A DNA stretch of 64,000 nt from Escherichia phage muut: the sequence record NC_052657.1. One strand, 5' to 3'. The notes beneath the pieces are model-generated. The model did no database searches. It worked only from the letters and a program-made list of their open reading frames with translations, and was not told the DNA's origin. Both the position numbers and the translations under genes were made by a program. Each line of letters begins with the position of its first letter. Within the stretch, counting starts at the first letter, position 1. Of the stretch, positions 17,548 to 26,365 are shown in pieces.

Positions 17548-17754
17548 ATGGTGGTTTTACGTGTTCTTTGGATTCTGTTTGAAAATATTTGTTTTGCTCT
17601 AGGGTTGTTTTGTTTGATTTTTATCTTGACAACATATATTGATAACCATACAATTACTATCAACAGGAACGGAGAACAGATGTATTGTTTCTCTAGGGAT
17701 TTTAAAAATTGTGTTGAGACTTTAAATGAGAGGGTTACAAATGAAAAACATTAA
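17548..17754 (+). CDS. small membrane protein
   Basis: 68 aa, hydrophobic N-terminus. Confidence 0.35.
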   Translation: MVVLRVLWILFENICFALGLFCLIFILTTYIDNHTITINRNGEQMYCFSRDFKNCVETLNERVTNEKH

Positions 17755-18331
17755 ATCTTTTATTGTTGCAGTTGTTTTAGGTAGTGTATTGCTGGTAGGT
17801 TGTGATGATTCTGAAAATGTACAAAATCAACGTTACCAGCAAACACCAAATCAGATGGTAGATGAGCAATATGTAAATCAACCTGCACCTCAAGTTGTTC
17901 AAGCAGCACCTGCACAACCTTCAACAGTTGTTGTTCAAGGAGGCGGCAGTGGTTCTTCTGGCGTAGGTGAGTTCGCTACAGGTATGCTTCTTGGTCATAT
18001 GTTGAGTGGTAATAGTGGCGGTGGTGGTTATAGAGATGGCGGTAGCAATACAACAATTATCAATAACAACGCTGCTCCTACAACTAATAGTAAAGCATAT
18101 ACAACACAAAAGCATAGTTTTTATGATAAACAAGGAAATACATATACAACCACTAAACAAAACACAATTAAGCAGCAAAGTGTACAAACGTATTCACGCC
18201 CATCAACAACAAAAGTGAATAGTAATTACTCTGCTCGTAAGTCTTACTCAAGCCCTATTAGCTCTTATAGTAAGTCTTCGAAAAGTTATTCTTCGTCGAA
18301 ACGTAGTTTTAGTAGCTCACGTCGTCGTTAA
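17741..18331 (+). CDS. lipoprotein with glycine-zipper segment and Ser/Tyr-rich tail
   Basis: Signal peptide with lipobox LLVGC; GEFATGMLLGHMLSGNSGGGG; tail SYSSPISSYSKSSKSYSSSKRSFSSSRRR. Confidence 0.6.
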   Translation: MKNIKSFIVAVVLGSVLLVGCDDSENVQNQRYQQTPNQMVDEQYVNQPAPQVVQAAPAQPSTVVVQGGGSGSSGVGEFATGMLLGHMLSGNSGGGGYRDGGSNTTIINNNAAPTTNSKAYTTQKHSFYDKQGNTYTTTKQNTIKQQSVQTYSRPSTTKVNSNYSARKSYSSPISSYSKSSKSYSSSKRSFSSSRRR

Positions 18332-18366
18332 TAATTTAATACAGATTAAATAAGAAGGAGAAACAG

Positions 18367-19218
18367 ATGAAACTAGAAGTTGGTAAAGTATATCGCCTGG
18401 AAGGTTGGATCTTTAATCAAGAAATTCTTGAGAAGAATAAAGATGGTTTTGAGTTTGTTGGTACTACCAAGGAAAGTATGCACAATGACGAATACTGTAA
18501 ATTCGTTGGTAAAAATACAGGTCAAGAACAATTTTGCTTTAAGAGCGCAATCGGTGATTATGCTTCTGTAATGCCAACACCAGAAAAAACTCCGAAGCAA
18601 TATACTGTCTTTGGTGTAAAACTTGAAGAACTTGTAGAACACCCACGTTTTGAAGAGTTCAAGGTTGCTGCAATGCGCAAGCATTCTGAAATTAAAATAC
18701 ATAATTTGTTTGATTTAGAAGATCGGTTTGATATCTTTATGTATGATCGCAGGGAAAAGCATTTTGATGCAACGACTTCAAAATTTGCTGCAACAGAGGA
18801 TATTAAAATCCTTGATGTTGATACCTTTCTTCACAATGTATCGTTTGTATTCATTCCTAAATACAAAAAACGTAGTGATCATAAACGTGTGAAAGGAACT
18901 CCTCGTAAAAAACGTACTGTAAACAAAGCAACTTTGCACTTCACTTCTGGTGATAAGTATACTCTCAAAGGGTTTGAAAGTGTTTTGTATGATGCTGGAA
19001 CGGGTAATATCAAGTTTATCATTAAGGCAACCTACAAAGGTACGGTATTGCACGAAGAGGCTGTTACACTACCTGTATTCGATATCTCTCGTGTTGAGGT
19101 ACGGGGTGTTAAAGAGTCCTTCGATCTGGATTTCTTAACCACTAATGCTACTGGTTATGTTAATCTGGAAGCAGATGGAGCCTTTATTACTACAAATTAT
19201 TTAGATATGTTTGTTTAA
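18367..19218 (+). CDS. hypothetical protein
   Basis: 283 aa ORF, AGGAGA RBS. Confidence 0.55.
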   Translation: MKLEVGKVYRLEGWIFNQEILEKNKDGFEFVGTTKESMHNDEYCKFVGKNTGQEQFCFKSAIGDYASVMPTPEKTPKQYTVFGVKLEELVEHPRFEEFKVAAMRKHSEIKIHNLFDLEDRFDIFMYDRREKHFDATTSKFAATEDIKILDVDTFLHNVSFVFIPKYKKRSDHKRVKGTPRKKRTVNKATLHFTSGDKYTLKGFESVLYDAGTGNIKFIIKATYKGTVLHEEAVTLPVFDISRVEVRGVKESFDLDFLTTNATGYVNLEADGAFITTNYLDMFV

Positions 19219-19286
19219 TACTTAATTTGTGTTATGATGGTGGTACAGAGGTATCACCATCTACTAAAGAATATGGAGGAAATTGA

Positions 19287-20390
19287 ATGTCCAGTCCTTT
19301 TATCAGTGCCGTAAAAAGCAAACCGTCTGAAATGAGTGTATTCACGGCAACAACAGAAAAAAGTAAGTCTTTGTTTGCTCCAAGTGCTATGGATGCAAGC
19401 CCTGTATATGCCCCTGCTGTTGCACGACCTGTACAAATGCTGCCTCCAATGTCTCGTGAAGAGATTGAACAAGTTGGTGCTGATGCAGGACTTACTCTTC
19501 GTAACCTTAATGCTGAAGTGCTTAAACACCAGCGTTCATCTCAGGGGGATGAAATGAGTGAACGTTTAACTGCACTTATTAAGCAAGCAAAGCAACTTGA
19601 TCCTAACTCTATTAAACAATCTAAAGGCTTAGGTAAACTAGTTAAGAAAGTATTAGGTATGAAAGAAGATTTGTTTGGTGAATTTGACACCATCAATAAT
19701 CGTATTGAAGGTTTGGTAAAGACACTACAAACAGACTTGAAAAAAGAAGAAGATTCTTTACGATATCTGCAACGTTTAGAAGAGGCTATTGCAAAATATG
19801 CTCTTAGCTTAAACAGGGATATAGAGCTTCTAACAGCTACTTATGAAAAAGAAGAAGTTCGCCTTAATACACTACCTGAAAATGAAGTAGAAGAGCGTCA
19901 ACGTACTCGTGATACTATGGATCTGCTTGAAATTCGTATTGCAGACCTGAAAGCCTTGCGTTTACTGTGTGTTCAGATGGGGCCACGTGTACAAAGTATG
20001 CAGAAAGTATCTGCAAGTTTGATGCGATCAGCCCGTAATATTGTGAATAATGTTATCCCTGCTTACTCTGCAAACTTTTCTATGTATATTGAAAGTCTAC
20101 GCCAGAAGAAAGCAGCCGATACACAGAACAATGTGCTGAATGAATTTAATGCTGCTATTGCAATGGGTAGTGATCTGGCTGCACAAAACCAAATTGAAGC
20201 TACACAACTTGCTAATCGTCAAGTATTGGATATTGAAACATTACGTCGCGATCAAGAAAACTTAGTTAAAATGTTGGAAGAAACTAACCGAATCAACACT
20301 GAAGCCCGTGCTGCGCGTATTGATTACATTCAAGAAGTGCAATCTCTTGAAGATGGTATGATTCAAACTGTTAAACGTGGTCTACTTTAA
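19287..20390 (+). CDS. TelA/KlaA-like toxic anion resistance family protein
   Basis: 367 aa coiled-coil protein; C-terminal LDIETLRRDQENLVKMLEETNRINTEARAARIDYIQEVQ resembles the TelA block. Confidence 0.5.
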   Translation: MSSPFISAVKSKPSEMSVFTATTEKSKSLFAPSAMDASPVYAPAVARPVQMLPPMSREEIEQVGADAGLTLRNLNAEVLKHQRSSQGDEMSERLTALIKQAKQLDPNSIKQSKGLGKLVKKVLGMKEDLFGEFDTINNRIEGLVKTLQTDLKKEEDSLRYLQRLEEAIAKYALSLNRDIELLTATYEKEEVRLNTLPENEVEERQRTRDTMDLLEIRIADLKALRLLCVQMGPRVQSMQKVSASLMRSARNIVNNVIPAYSANFSMYIESLRQKKAADTQNNVLNEFNAAIAMGSDLAAQNQIEATQLANRQVLDIETLRRDQENLVKMLEETNRINTEARAARIDYIQEVQSLEDGMIQTVKRGLL

Positions 20391-20403
20391 GGAGAAATAT
20401 ATT

Positions 20404-20610
20404 ATGAATATTAAAATTTACAAACTGTCTGGTTCTATGATTGCTGTTCAGTATGACAATGAAGATCGTTATGTTCTCCTCCAGGATGCTTGGTTAGATG
20501 ATCCTAATGTATTCACTGTCCTGCGAGAACTACGCTCTGTCTATACCTATTCTTCTAAAGATGGTTTTGATAGTTCAACGATGGAATTGGTAAAAGAGGA
20601 GAATGTGTAA
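20404..20610 (+). CDS. hypothetical protein
   Basis: In-frame ATG 20404 after AAGGAGA RBS. Confidence 0.45.
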   Translation: MNIKIYKLSGSMIAVQYDNEDRYVLLQDAWLDDPNVFTVLRELRSVYTYSSKDGFDSSTMELVKEENV

Positions 20611-20810
20611 TGAGTAAAGATATTCACTTAACTCGTGAAGAATTGCAAACCATTATGGAAGATGCTTTCATTGATGGTTGGAAACAAGGTCAAGAATCAG
20701 ATTGGTATGATGCCGAAGATTTTTTGTATTATCATATGACTGCACCTGTAGACGAGCAAACACACTCTGAAACAACTTTGGCTTTAATTGATCTTAAGGC
20801 TGGTGTATAA
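20610..20810 (+). CDS. hypothetical acidic protein
   Basis: 66 aa ORF. Confidence 0.45.
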   Translation: MSKDIHLTREELQTIMEDAFIDGWKQGQESDWYDAEDFLYYHMTAPVDEQTHSETTLALIDLKAGV

Positions 20811-21373
20811 TGGGGTGTTTTAGTTTCTTGTGCAAAGAGTCTGGTAATGCTGCTCTTTCTACCTCTTTCGATGGCTCTCCTTGCTACCTATTTCTTTTGA
20901 AAGGTGGTAAGGTTGTCGAAGAGATGTATGGGAATTATGATAGCTATGGTAGTGTTTTCTCTAACGAAGAAGATAAACATGGCAATCGTAAAAGATTCAA
21001 GTGGTCTATGCCTTGGGAAGAAGTTTGTAATTTGATGTTCTCTTCCGATCTTGGAGATGGGATTGCTCTGGTATTAGAAGAACACTTTACAGGTGAGATC
21101 CCAACAGAAAGATCTGAAGAAGACCCTAACCAGGGTTGGGGTGATGGAGAAGAAGATCCAGATTGCTTCTTCAGCACTGAAAATAATAAATTTAAACGTG
21201 TTGACAATCCTTACCACAAAGTGCATAATACTTGCATTGAGACAGAAGAAGACTCAAAGCTAGAAATTGAAGATGATTTAGTTGTAACTATCTCTTTAAA
21301 CGATTTGCAAAAAATCACTAGAGAGGCTTTCTATTTAGGCTTGAGAGCAGGTAAAGGAGAAGACAGTGCTTAA
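20810..21373 (+). CDS. hypothetical protein
   Basis: 187 aa ORF. Confidence 0.5.
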   Translation: MGCFSFLCKESGNAALSTSFDGSPCYLFLLKGGKVVEEMYGNYDSYGSVFSNEEDKHGNRKRFKWSMPWEEVCNLMFSSDLGDGIALVLEEHFTGEIPTERSEEDPNQGWGDGEEDPDCFFSTENNKFKRVDNPYHKVHNTCIETEEDSKLEIEDDLVVTISLNDLQKITREAFYLGLRAGKGEDSA

Positions 21374-21635
21374 ATTTAATATCAAAGACGACAAATCAGA
21401 TGAACCTAAATGTTTTGGAGAACTTGACACAGGTGATACATTCGTATATTATGTTGCCTATCGAGATGCTGGTTTAGATACGTTCAGAAACTTAGTGTTT
21501 ATTAAGGTTAATACAAACCAAGCAATGTGTCTTAACGGTTCACAAAGAGGTCAACTTAACTGTATTTTATATGATACAGAAGTGGTAGAAGTGGATTTAG
21601 AAGTTACTAACATTACAGTCAGAAAGGAGAAATAA
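21366..21635 (+). CDS. hypothetical protein
   Basis: 89 aa ORF. Confidence 0.45.
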   Translation: MLKFNIKDDKSDEPKCFGELDTGDTFVYYVAYRDAGLDTFRNLVFIKVNTNQAMCLNGSQRGQLNCILYDTEVVEVDLEVTNITVRKEK

Positions 21636-21636
21636 T

Positions 21637-22431
21637 ATGTCCAATAAAATCAGTCTTAAAAAACGTCAAGAAACTCTTACTGTATCCCTGCGTAAGAAAA
21701 AGATTAACGATGTTGTTCTTCGTGTAGGTAGCGCCTTAGATATTTCGGGTAGTATGTGTGAGCTGTATCGTGATGGCACTGTTAGCGATTTTGTAGGTAA
21801 ACTGCTGCCGTTTGGTATGAAGTTTGATGATAATGCACAGATTGACATGTGGGCTTTCAATAGTTCTTCTTTTGAACTGCCTCCTGCAACGGCTGATGTG
21901 TATGATGATTATGTCGGCTCTTGCATGTCTAATGTTTGCATCAACGGTGGTACTGCTTATGCTCCAGTAATGCAAGAGATCTATGATACATACTTCGGTA
22001 GTGTACCTATGAAAAATATTACACGCGAAGTCGTTGAGTATGAAGAAGTTCCGGCTAAAGGTTTCCTTGCTAAACTAACTGGTAAAAAAGAACTTGTAGA
22101 AGTAACACGTACTGTTGTAGAACAGGTTGTAGATACTGATGCACAAGTTGATCGTACTCCTGCAATGATTTTCTTCCAAACTGACGGGGAGAACATGGAT
22201 ACTTCAGCAGTACGTAGCTTACTGAACAAACACCGCAATACGCCTGTTTACTGGTTTATGGTTGGTGTAGGTAATGCAAACTTTAAATTCCTGAAAGACT
22301 TGGCAAAAGAATACGATAATGTTGATTTTATCGGTATTGCAGATTTGTCCTTGTCTGACGAAGAACTTTACGATAAACTGCTATCTGAAGAGTTTGGTGA
22401 GTGGGTTAAAAAATTTGGAGCAAAAGCGTAA
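21637..22431 (+). CDS. vWA domain protein (TerY-like) with TerD-like N-terminal tag
   Basis: MIDAS DISGSM, GGTAYAP, FFQTDGE; N-terminus ISLKK..LTVSLRK parallels the TerD start. Confidence 0.55.
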   Translation: MSNKISLKKRQETLTVSLRKKKINDVVLRVGSALDISGSMCELYRDGTVSDFVGKLLPFGMKFDDNAQIDMWAFNSSSFELPPATADVYDDYVGSCMSNVCINGGTAYAPVMQEIYDTYFGSVPMKNITREVVEYEEVPAKGFLAKLTGKKELVEVTRTVVEQVVDTDAQVDRTPAMIFFQTDGENMDTSAVRSLLNKHRNTPVYWFMVGVGNANFKFLKDLAKEYDNVDFIGIADLSLSDEELYDKLLSEEFGEWVKKFGAKA

Positions 22432-22438
22432 AAAACGC

Positions 22439-22466
22439 TTGACTTTGTAGAAAAGATTAGTAAAAT
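22439..22466 (+). promoter_or_regulatory. promoter candidate (TTGACTTT -35, TAAAAT -10) upstream of terD-like gene
   Basis: TTGACT 22439-22444, 16 nt spacer, TAAAAT 22461-22466. Confidence 0.4.
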
Positions 22467-22503
22467 AGACAACGTAAATTAACAACAAAGGAGATAATAA
22501 ATT

Positions 22504-23100
22504 ATGACTCAGAAAATTTCCCTGAAAAAAGGTTCTAGCGAAAAAGTTTCTCTGAAAAAGATTGCACCAGCACTGAAACGCATTCGTCTGGAATTCTCTT
22601 GGAAATCTAACGAAAAACTGGATCTGGATGTTAGTGCTCTGATTTGCCGACACAATGCATCTGGTCTGCCGGAACTGTTGTCTCCTCGTCACCTGGTGTG
22701 CTACGCGCAGAAATTTGATCCTGAACGTTCTACTTTTGCAGGTGAAGATGTTCGTGATGGTGTAGGACAGATGGAGCAGATTGATGTTACACTGGATAAT
22801 ATCTCTGCTGAAGCACAGGAAATTGCATTCGTAATTACTATTGATGACGAAACGGGTAAGAAACGCCTTGGTCACGCTACCGAAGGTTTCCTTAAAATCT
22901 TCGATGATGAACGTAATGTTGAACTGCTGGACTTTGACTTCTTGGCTCCAGAACTTGCAGGTAACACCATTTGCCACGTTGCCTCCCTGGTGCGAGAAGA
23001 TAGCGAATGGAAACTGAAAGCATATGGTGTGGGTAAAGCTGGGCTTGACATTTACGATGTAGTTAAAGCGTTTGGCGCTGGCGACGATTGGTTCGAGTAA
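22504..23100 (+). CDS. terD: TerD family protein
   Basis: ISLKKGSSEKVSLKK, LDLDVSALI, EIAFVITID, EWKLKAYGVGKAGL align with TerD blocks (VSLSKGGNVSLSK, FDLDASAFL, KIIFVVTIH, EWKFRAVGQGYAGGL). Confidence 0.8.
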   Translation: MTQKISLKKGSSEKVSLKKIAPALKRIRLEFSWKSNEKLDLDVSALICRHNASGLPELLSPRHLVCYAQKFDPERSTFAGEDVRDGVGQMEQIDVTLDNISAEAQEIAFVITIDDETGKKRLGHATEGFLKIFDDERNVELLDFDFLAPELAGNTICHVASLVREDSEWKLKAYGVGKAGLDIYDVVKAFGAGDDWFE

Positions 23101-23107
23101 TAAATCA

Positions 23108-23132
23108 TAGCGCCCTTCGGGGCGCATATTTT
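23108..23132 (+). terminator. rho-independent terminator (UUCG tetraloop)
   Basis: GCGCCC-TTCG-GGGCGC then ATATTTT. Confidence 0.65.
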
Positions 23133-23152
23133 AAATAAAAGAGGAGAAAACA

Positions 23153-23755
23153 ATGGGTATTACTTTAGAAGGTCAAAAACTTATTCGTAGCGGCAATTTT
23201 CTTGTGGATGTTGACAACAATCAAGATTATGCTGTAGAAGTTAGTGATGTACTGTTTGATGCTTTGCAGTCTGGTTTCAATTTTGAAGTTTATGAAGTAA
23301 TCCGTGGAACTAAACTCAGAGAAACCCTTGGATCAACTAGTGATGTTTATTCTGCGATCTGGCAATATTTCGGGTTAATGGATGGTAAGACATACCTTAC
23401 TGATAGTTATTCTGAAGATGTTGTTTATCTTGATATGGAAGAGTTTCGTCGTCTGTTCAAAAGTGAAGAAAATGAAGAAGAGGGTGAACTTTTTGAAGGA
23501 ATTATTCTCGAAGGTAATGTTGAAATTGTGTACAAAGCAGGAAAAACATTCCACCTACGCGAAAACGGTAAAGCGAAAGTTGATTTTGTAAACAAGACAG
23601 TGACAACCGAACATAATTATCTTAAAGATGGTCAACCAGCTTTTGAACGTGTAAAAATTAAATTTAAAGTGTTGTCTGCACTAGTTACGGATCAAGAACG
23701 TATTGATTTTGTAGAAGATGGTGTAGTAACTCATACGAAGGTTTACAATATCTAA
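23153..23755 (+). CDS. hypothetical protein
   Basis: 200 aa ORF, GAGGAGA RBS. Confidence 0.55.
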   Translation: MGITLEGQKLIRSGNFLVDVDNNQDYAVEVSDVLFDALQSGFNFEVYEVIRGTKLRETLGSTSDVYSAIWQYFGLMDGKTYLTDSYSEDVVYLDMEEFRRLFKSEENEEEGELFEGIILEGNVEIVYKAGKTFHLRENGKAKVDFVNKTVTTEHNYLKDGQPAFERVKIKFKVLSALVTDQERIDFVEDGVVTHTKVYNI

Positions 23756-23786
23756 CAGAGTGTAAGAGGGGGATAATCCTCCTCCA

Positions 23787-23815
23787 CTTGCAAAACAGCC
23801 TCTTCTGTGTTACAA
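23787..23815 (+). promoter_or_regulatory. promoter candidate (TTGCAA-17-TACAAT)
   Basis: TTGCAA 23787-23792, 17 nt spacer, TACAAT 23810-23815. Confidence 0.4.
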
Positions 23816-23847
23816 TAAAAGTTCGTTTAACAAAATAGGAGGCAAGT

Positions 23848-24357
23848 TTGTCAATAAAAACCTTTGTCGCAATTGCGTTACTATCCTTAACTGCTTTTAC
23901 ATTTACACCTGTTGTGGCGCAAGCCGAAGCTGCAAACGTAAAAACTGCTAAAGTAGTTCACAAGTGTACAAAGCGTGATAGTAAAGAAAATCTATTAGCT
24001 TGTGCAATCTATGCAGAAAGTCGTAATCAAGGAAAGCGCGGTATGTCTGCTGTTGGTAATGTAGTATTGAATAGGGCTAGAGATTCATATTTCCCTGATA
24101 CTATAAAAGAAGTTTTGTTTCAAAAAGGACAATTCTCTTACACAAAGACATTCAACGTTATGGAACGTGATAAGTGGAAGGAAGCTAAGGCTATAGCAGA
24201 ACGTCTACTTTATCTCGATACGCATTTTCCAGAATTACGAATTGCATTAGATATTACAAAAGGAGCATTATACTTTAAAAAATCTACAATAAGAGCACAC
24301 TGGGAAAAAGATATGGTTCTAGTGTACCGCTACAAAGAACATCAATTCTATCGCTAA
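23848..24357 (+). CDS. secreted cell wall hydrolase (SleB/Hydrolase_2 family), possible endolysin
   Basis: TTG start 7 nt after GGAGG; signal peptide ending AQA; CAIYAESRNQG...AVGNVVLNRA...FPDTIKEVLFQKGQFSYT. Confidence 0.6.
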   Translation: MSIKTFVAIALLSLTAFTFTPVVAQAEAANVKTAKVVHKCTKRDSKENLLACAIYAESRNQGKRGMSAVGNVVLNRARDSYFPDTIKEVLFQKGQFSYTKTFNVMERDKWKEAKAIAERLLYLDTHFPELRIALDITKGALYFKKSTIRAHWEKDMVLVYRYKEHQFYR

Positions 24358-24367
24358 GGAGATATAG

Positions 24368-24646
24368 ATGAAAGATGGCGTTATCGTTGCAAGTTATCTT
24401 GTTATTGGTCTTACAGAAGAGGATGTACATTACATTAGGAAACATTTAGAACAGTTTGCAATGATGTTCATCGAAGACGAAGACAATGTGGATGTTTATT
24501 CAATTGAAATGATCAATGATAACGTCTATCCTTGTATAGCTTTACGAGTCGATGAAGATGTTTGGGAACGTTTTTCACGTAGTCACGATAATGTTGAATG
24601 TTCTATGGTTATGTCACAAAGCAACATACTGGGAGTGTTACACTGA
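24368..24646 (+). CDS. hypothetical protein
   Basis: 92 aa ORF. Confidence 0.45.
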   Translation: MKDGVIVASYLVIGLTEEDVHYIRKHLEQFAMMFIEDEDNVDVYSIEMINDNVYPCIALRVDEDVWERFSRSHDNVECSMVMSQSNILGVLH

Positions 24647-24876
24647 TGGCTGATGTTATTGAAGTTAACTTTAAAACAAAAAAGAAAGTTGATAAGTATA
24701 CAATCTTAAAAAATATTTGCGTTGTGTGCTTCAATTCTGTAATATATGACTCACGTAAGGGCGAAAATGAAAATGAACCTTACATCCAGATTTCTAAAGG
24801 TAAAGGGCAGTGTATCTGCAAAAACTGTGCTGTAGCAATTAAGGAGGTTGTAGATGAAAACCATTGGGATCAATGA
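24646..24876 (+). CDS. small zinc-ribbon protein
   Basis: CVVCF...CICKNC pair; ATG 24646 overlaps upstream TGA. Confidence 0.4.
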   Translation: MADVIEVNFKTKKKVDKYTILKNICVVCFNSVIYDSRKGENENEPYIQISKGKGQCICKNCAVAIKEVVDENHWDQ

Positions 24877-25048
24877 TACTGGTGAAGTTGTAAAATCTTG
24901 GGATGATCTTAGTGGTATCCCTACAGATAAACTGATTAAACTGCGTGATGTTTGTCGTGATCATCTTAATGAAACATATAAAGAGTATATGGAAGCACGA
25001 GATCACAGTTTAGCTATCCAAATGGAACTCGCAAAACGTAATCAATAG
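24854..25048 (+). CDS. hypothetical protein
   Basis: 64 aa ORF. Confidence 0.4.
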   Translation: MKTIGINDTGEVVKSWDDLSGIPTDKLIKLRDVCRDHLNETYKEYMEARDHSLAIQMELAKRNQ

Positions 25049-25105
25049 GTAAAACCATTTGGACTTTTTAGTCTAAAAATGCTAAAGTAATAATACGGAG
25101 GGAGT

Positions 25106-25669
25106 ATGATATTTCACATAACTCCCTATCTTTCTGGAGATATTGGAAAAGGTATCAATGACACAATAAGTGTCTTACCAGAAGATAGTTGGATTTGCCT
25201 AAGAGACATTGATACAATGTTTCTTCTTCCAGAACAACCTGCTTGGCTGGAATCAATTGTCCGTTCAAATCCTGATTTTGATGTTCTTGGTGCATCTTGT
25301 AACAGATTGGGATCAACATATCAATTATTTAATAATGAAAGAAGTGAAGATCCGAATATATTACACCACATTGAGATTGCAAAAAGAGCACATCTAGAAT
25401 GGGGAAACTCAATAGAGGAAGTACCTACAGATGCTATCTTAGCAGGATTCTTTCTTCTCTTTCGTAAGAGTCTGTGGAATGAAATTCCTTTTGAGGAAAG
25501 ATCAATACAGTTTGATATAATTTTCTCTAAAGCATTGCACGCTAACAATAAAAGGCTAGGTTTACTACGTGGGTTATATTTATTTCACACATACCGTTTA
25601 GGTAATGATGATCCTAGAAAAGCTGTTTCACACCTTTTACATTGTCAAGACATGAATAAAATTATTTAA
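25106..25669 (+). CDS. glycosyltransferase (GT-A-like, DxD)
   Basis: RDIDTMF DxD motif, GFFLLFRKSLW. Confidence 0.5.
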   Translation: MIFHITPYLSGDIGKGINDTISVLPEDSWICLRDIDTMFLLPEQPAWLESIVRSNPDFDVLGASCNRLGSTYQLFNNERSEDPNILHHIEIAKRAHLEWGNSIEEVPTDAILAGFFLLFRKSLWNEIPFEERSIQFDIIFSKALHANNKRLGLLRGLYLFHTYRLGNDDPRKAVSHLLHCQDMNKII

Positions 25670-25678
25670 GGAGTTATT

Positions 25679-26365
25679 TTGGAAAATACAAAAATTGGTG
25701 TTGGTGTTATTACTGTAGGTAAGCGTCCTCTTAAAGATTATCTTGTGACTGATCCTAGTGCTACTTTTGTTGTACAGTATGATCGGGAACGAAAAGGTGT
25801 TGCATATGCTCGTAATGAACTGATGAAAAAGTTTTATGATGAAGGATATGATTACTGGTTTATTTTTGATGATGATTGCTATCCTGTTGTTCAAGGTTGG
25901 GAAACATATTTTGTAAAACAGGCGAAGGAAAATGGTTGGGATTTCTTTGGTATGCCTGAATACTTTAAAGATAAAGTAAAAGGTATTGAAGGGGAAGTGG
26001 TTATTTGGGAGCTAGGAATGTGCCAGTTTGGTATGTATTCCCGTGCAGTTATTGAGAAAGCTGGCTATTTCCGCTCATACACCCACGGCTATGGGTATGA
26101 AGATGCAGAGTGGATTCATCGCGTCCCACTGGCAGGTTTGAACCGAGGTATTCAAGGCGTACCATGTCCTATTCGAATTATGGCGTTTATCCATCCTGAT
26201 GATGTATTTGGAGACAATCCTTTACCTTTTGCGAATCTGTCAAAAGAAGAGAAAGAACAGGGGATTGGTGTAAACTGGGAACAATATAAACAATCCCTGG
26301 AGGATCTTCGCAATGGTAAAACTTTTATCTCTTATGAGGAGGCTCAAAAATATGGTAAATCCTAA
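25679..26365 (+). CDS. glycosyltransferase family 2-like
   Basis: FIFDDDCYP DxD motif, YGYEDAEW. Confidence 0.55.
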   Translation: MENTKIGVGVITVGKRPLKDYLVTDPSATFVVQYDRERKGVAYARNELMKKFYDEGYDYWFIFDDDCYPVVQGWETYFVKQAKENGWDFFGMPEYFKDKVKGIEGEVVIWELGMCQFGMYSRAVIEKAGYFRSYTHGYGYEDAEWIHRVPLAGLNRGIQGVPCPIRIMAFIHPDDVFGDNPLPFANLSKEEKEQGIGVNWEQYKQSLEDLRNGKTFISYEEAQKYGKS

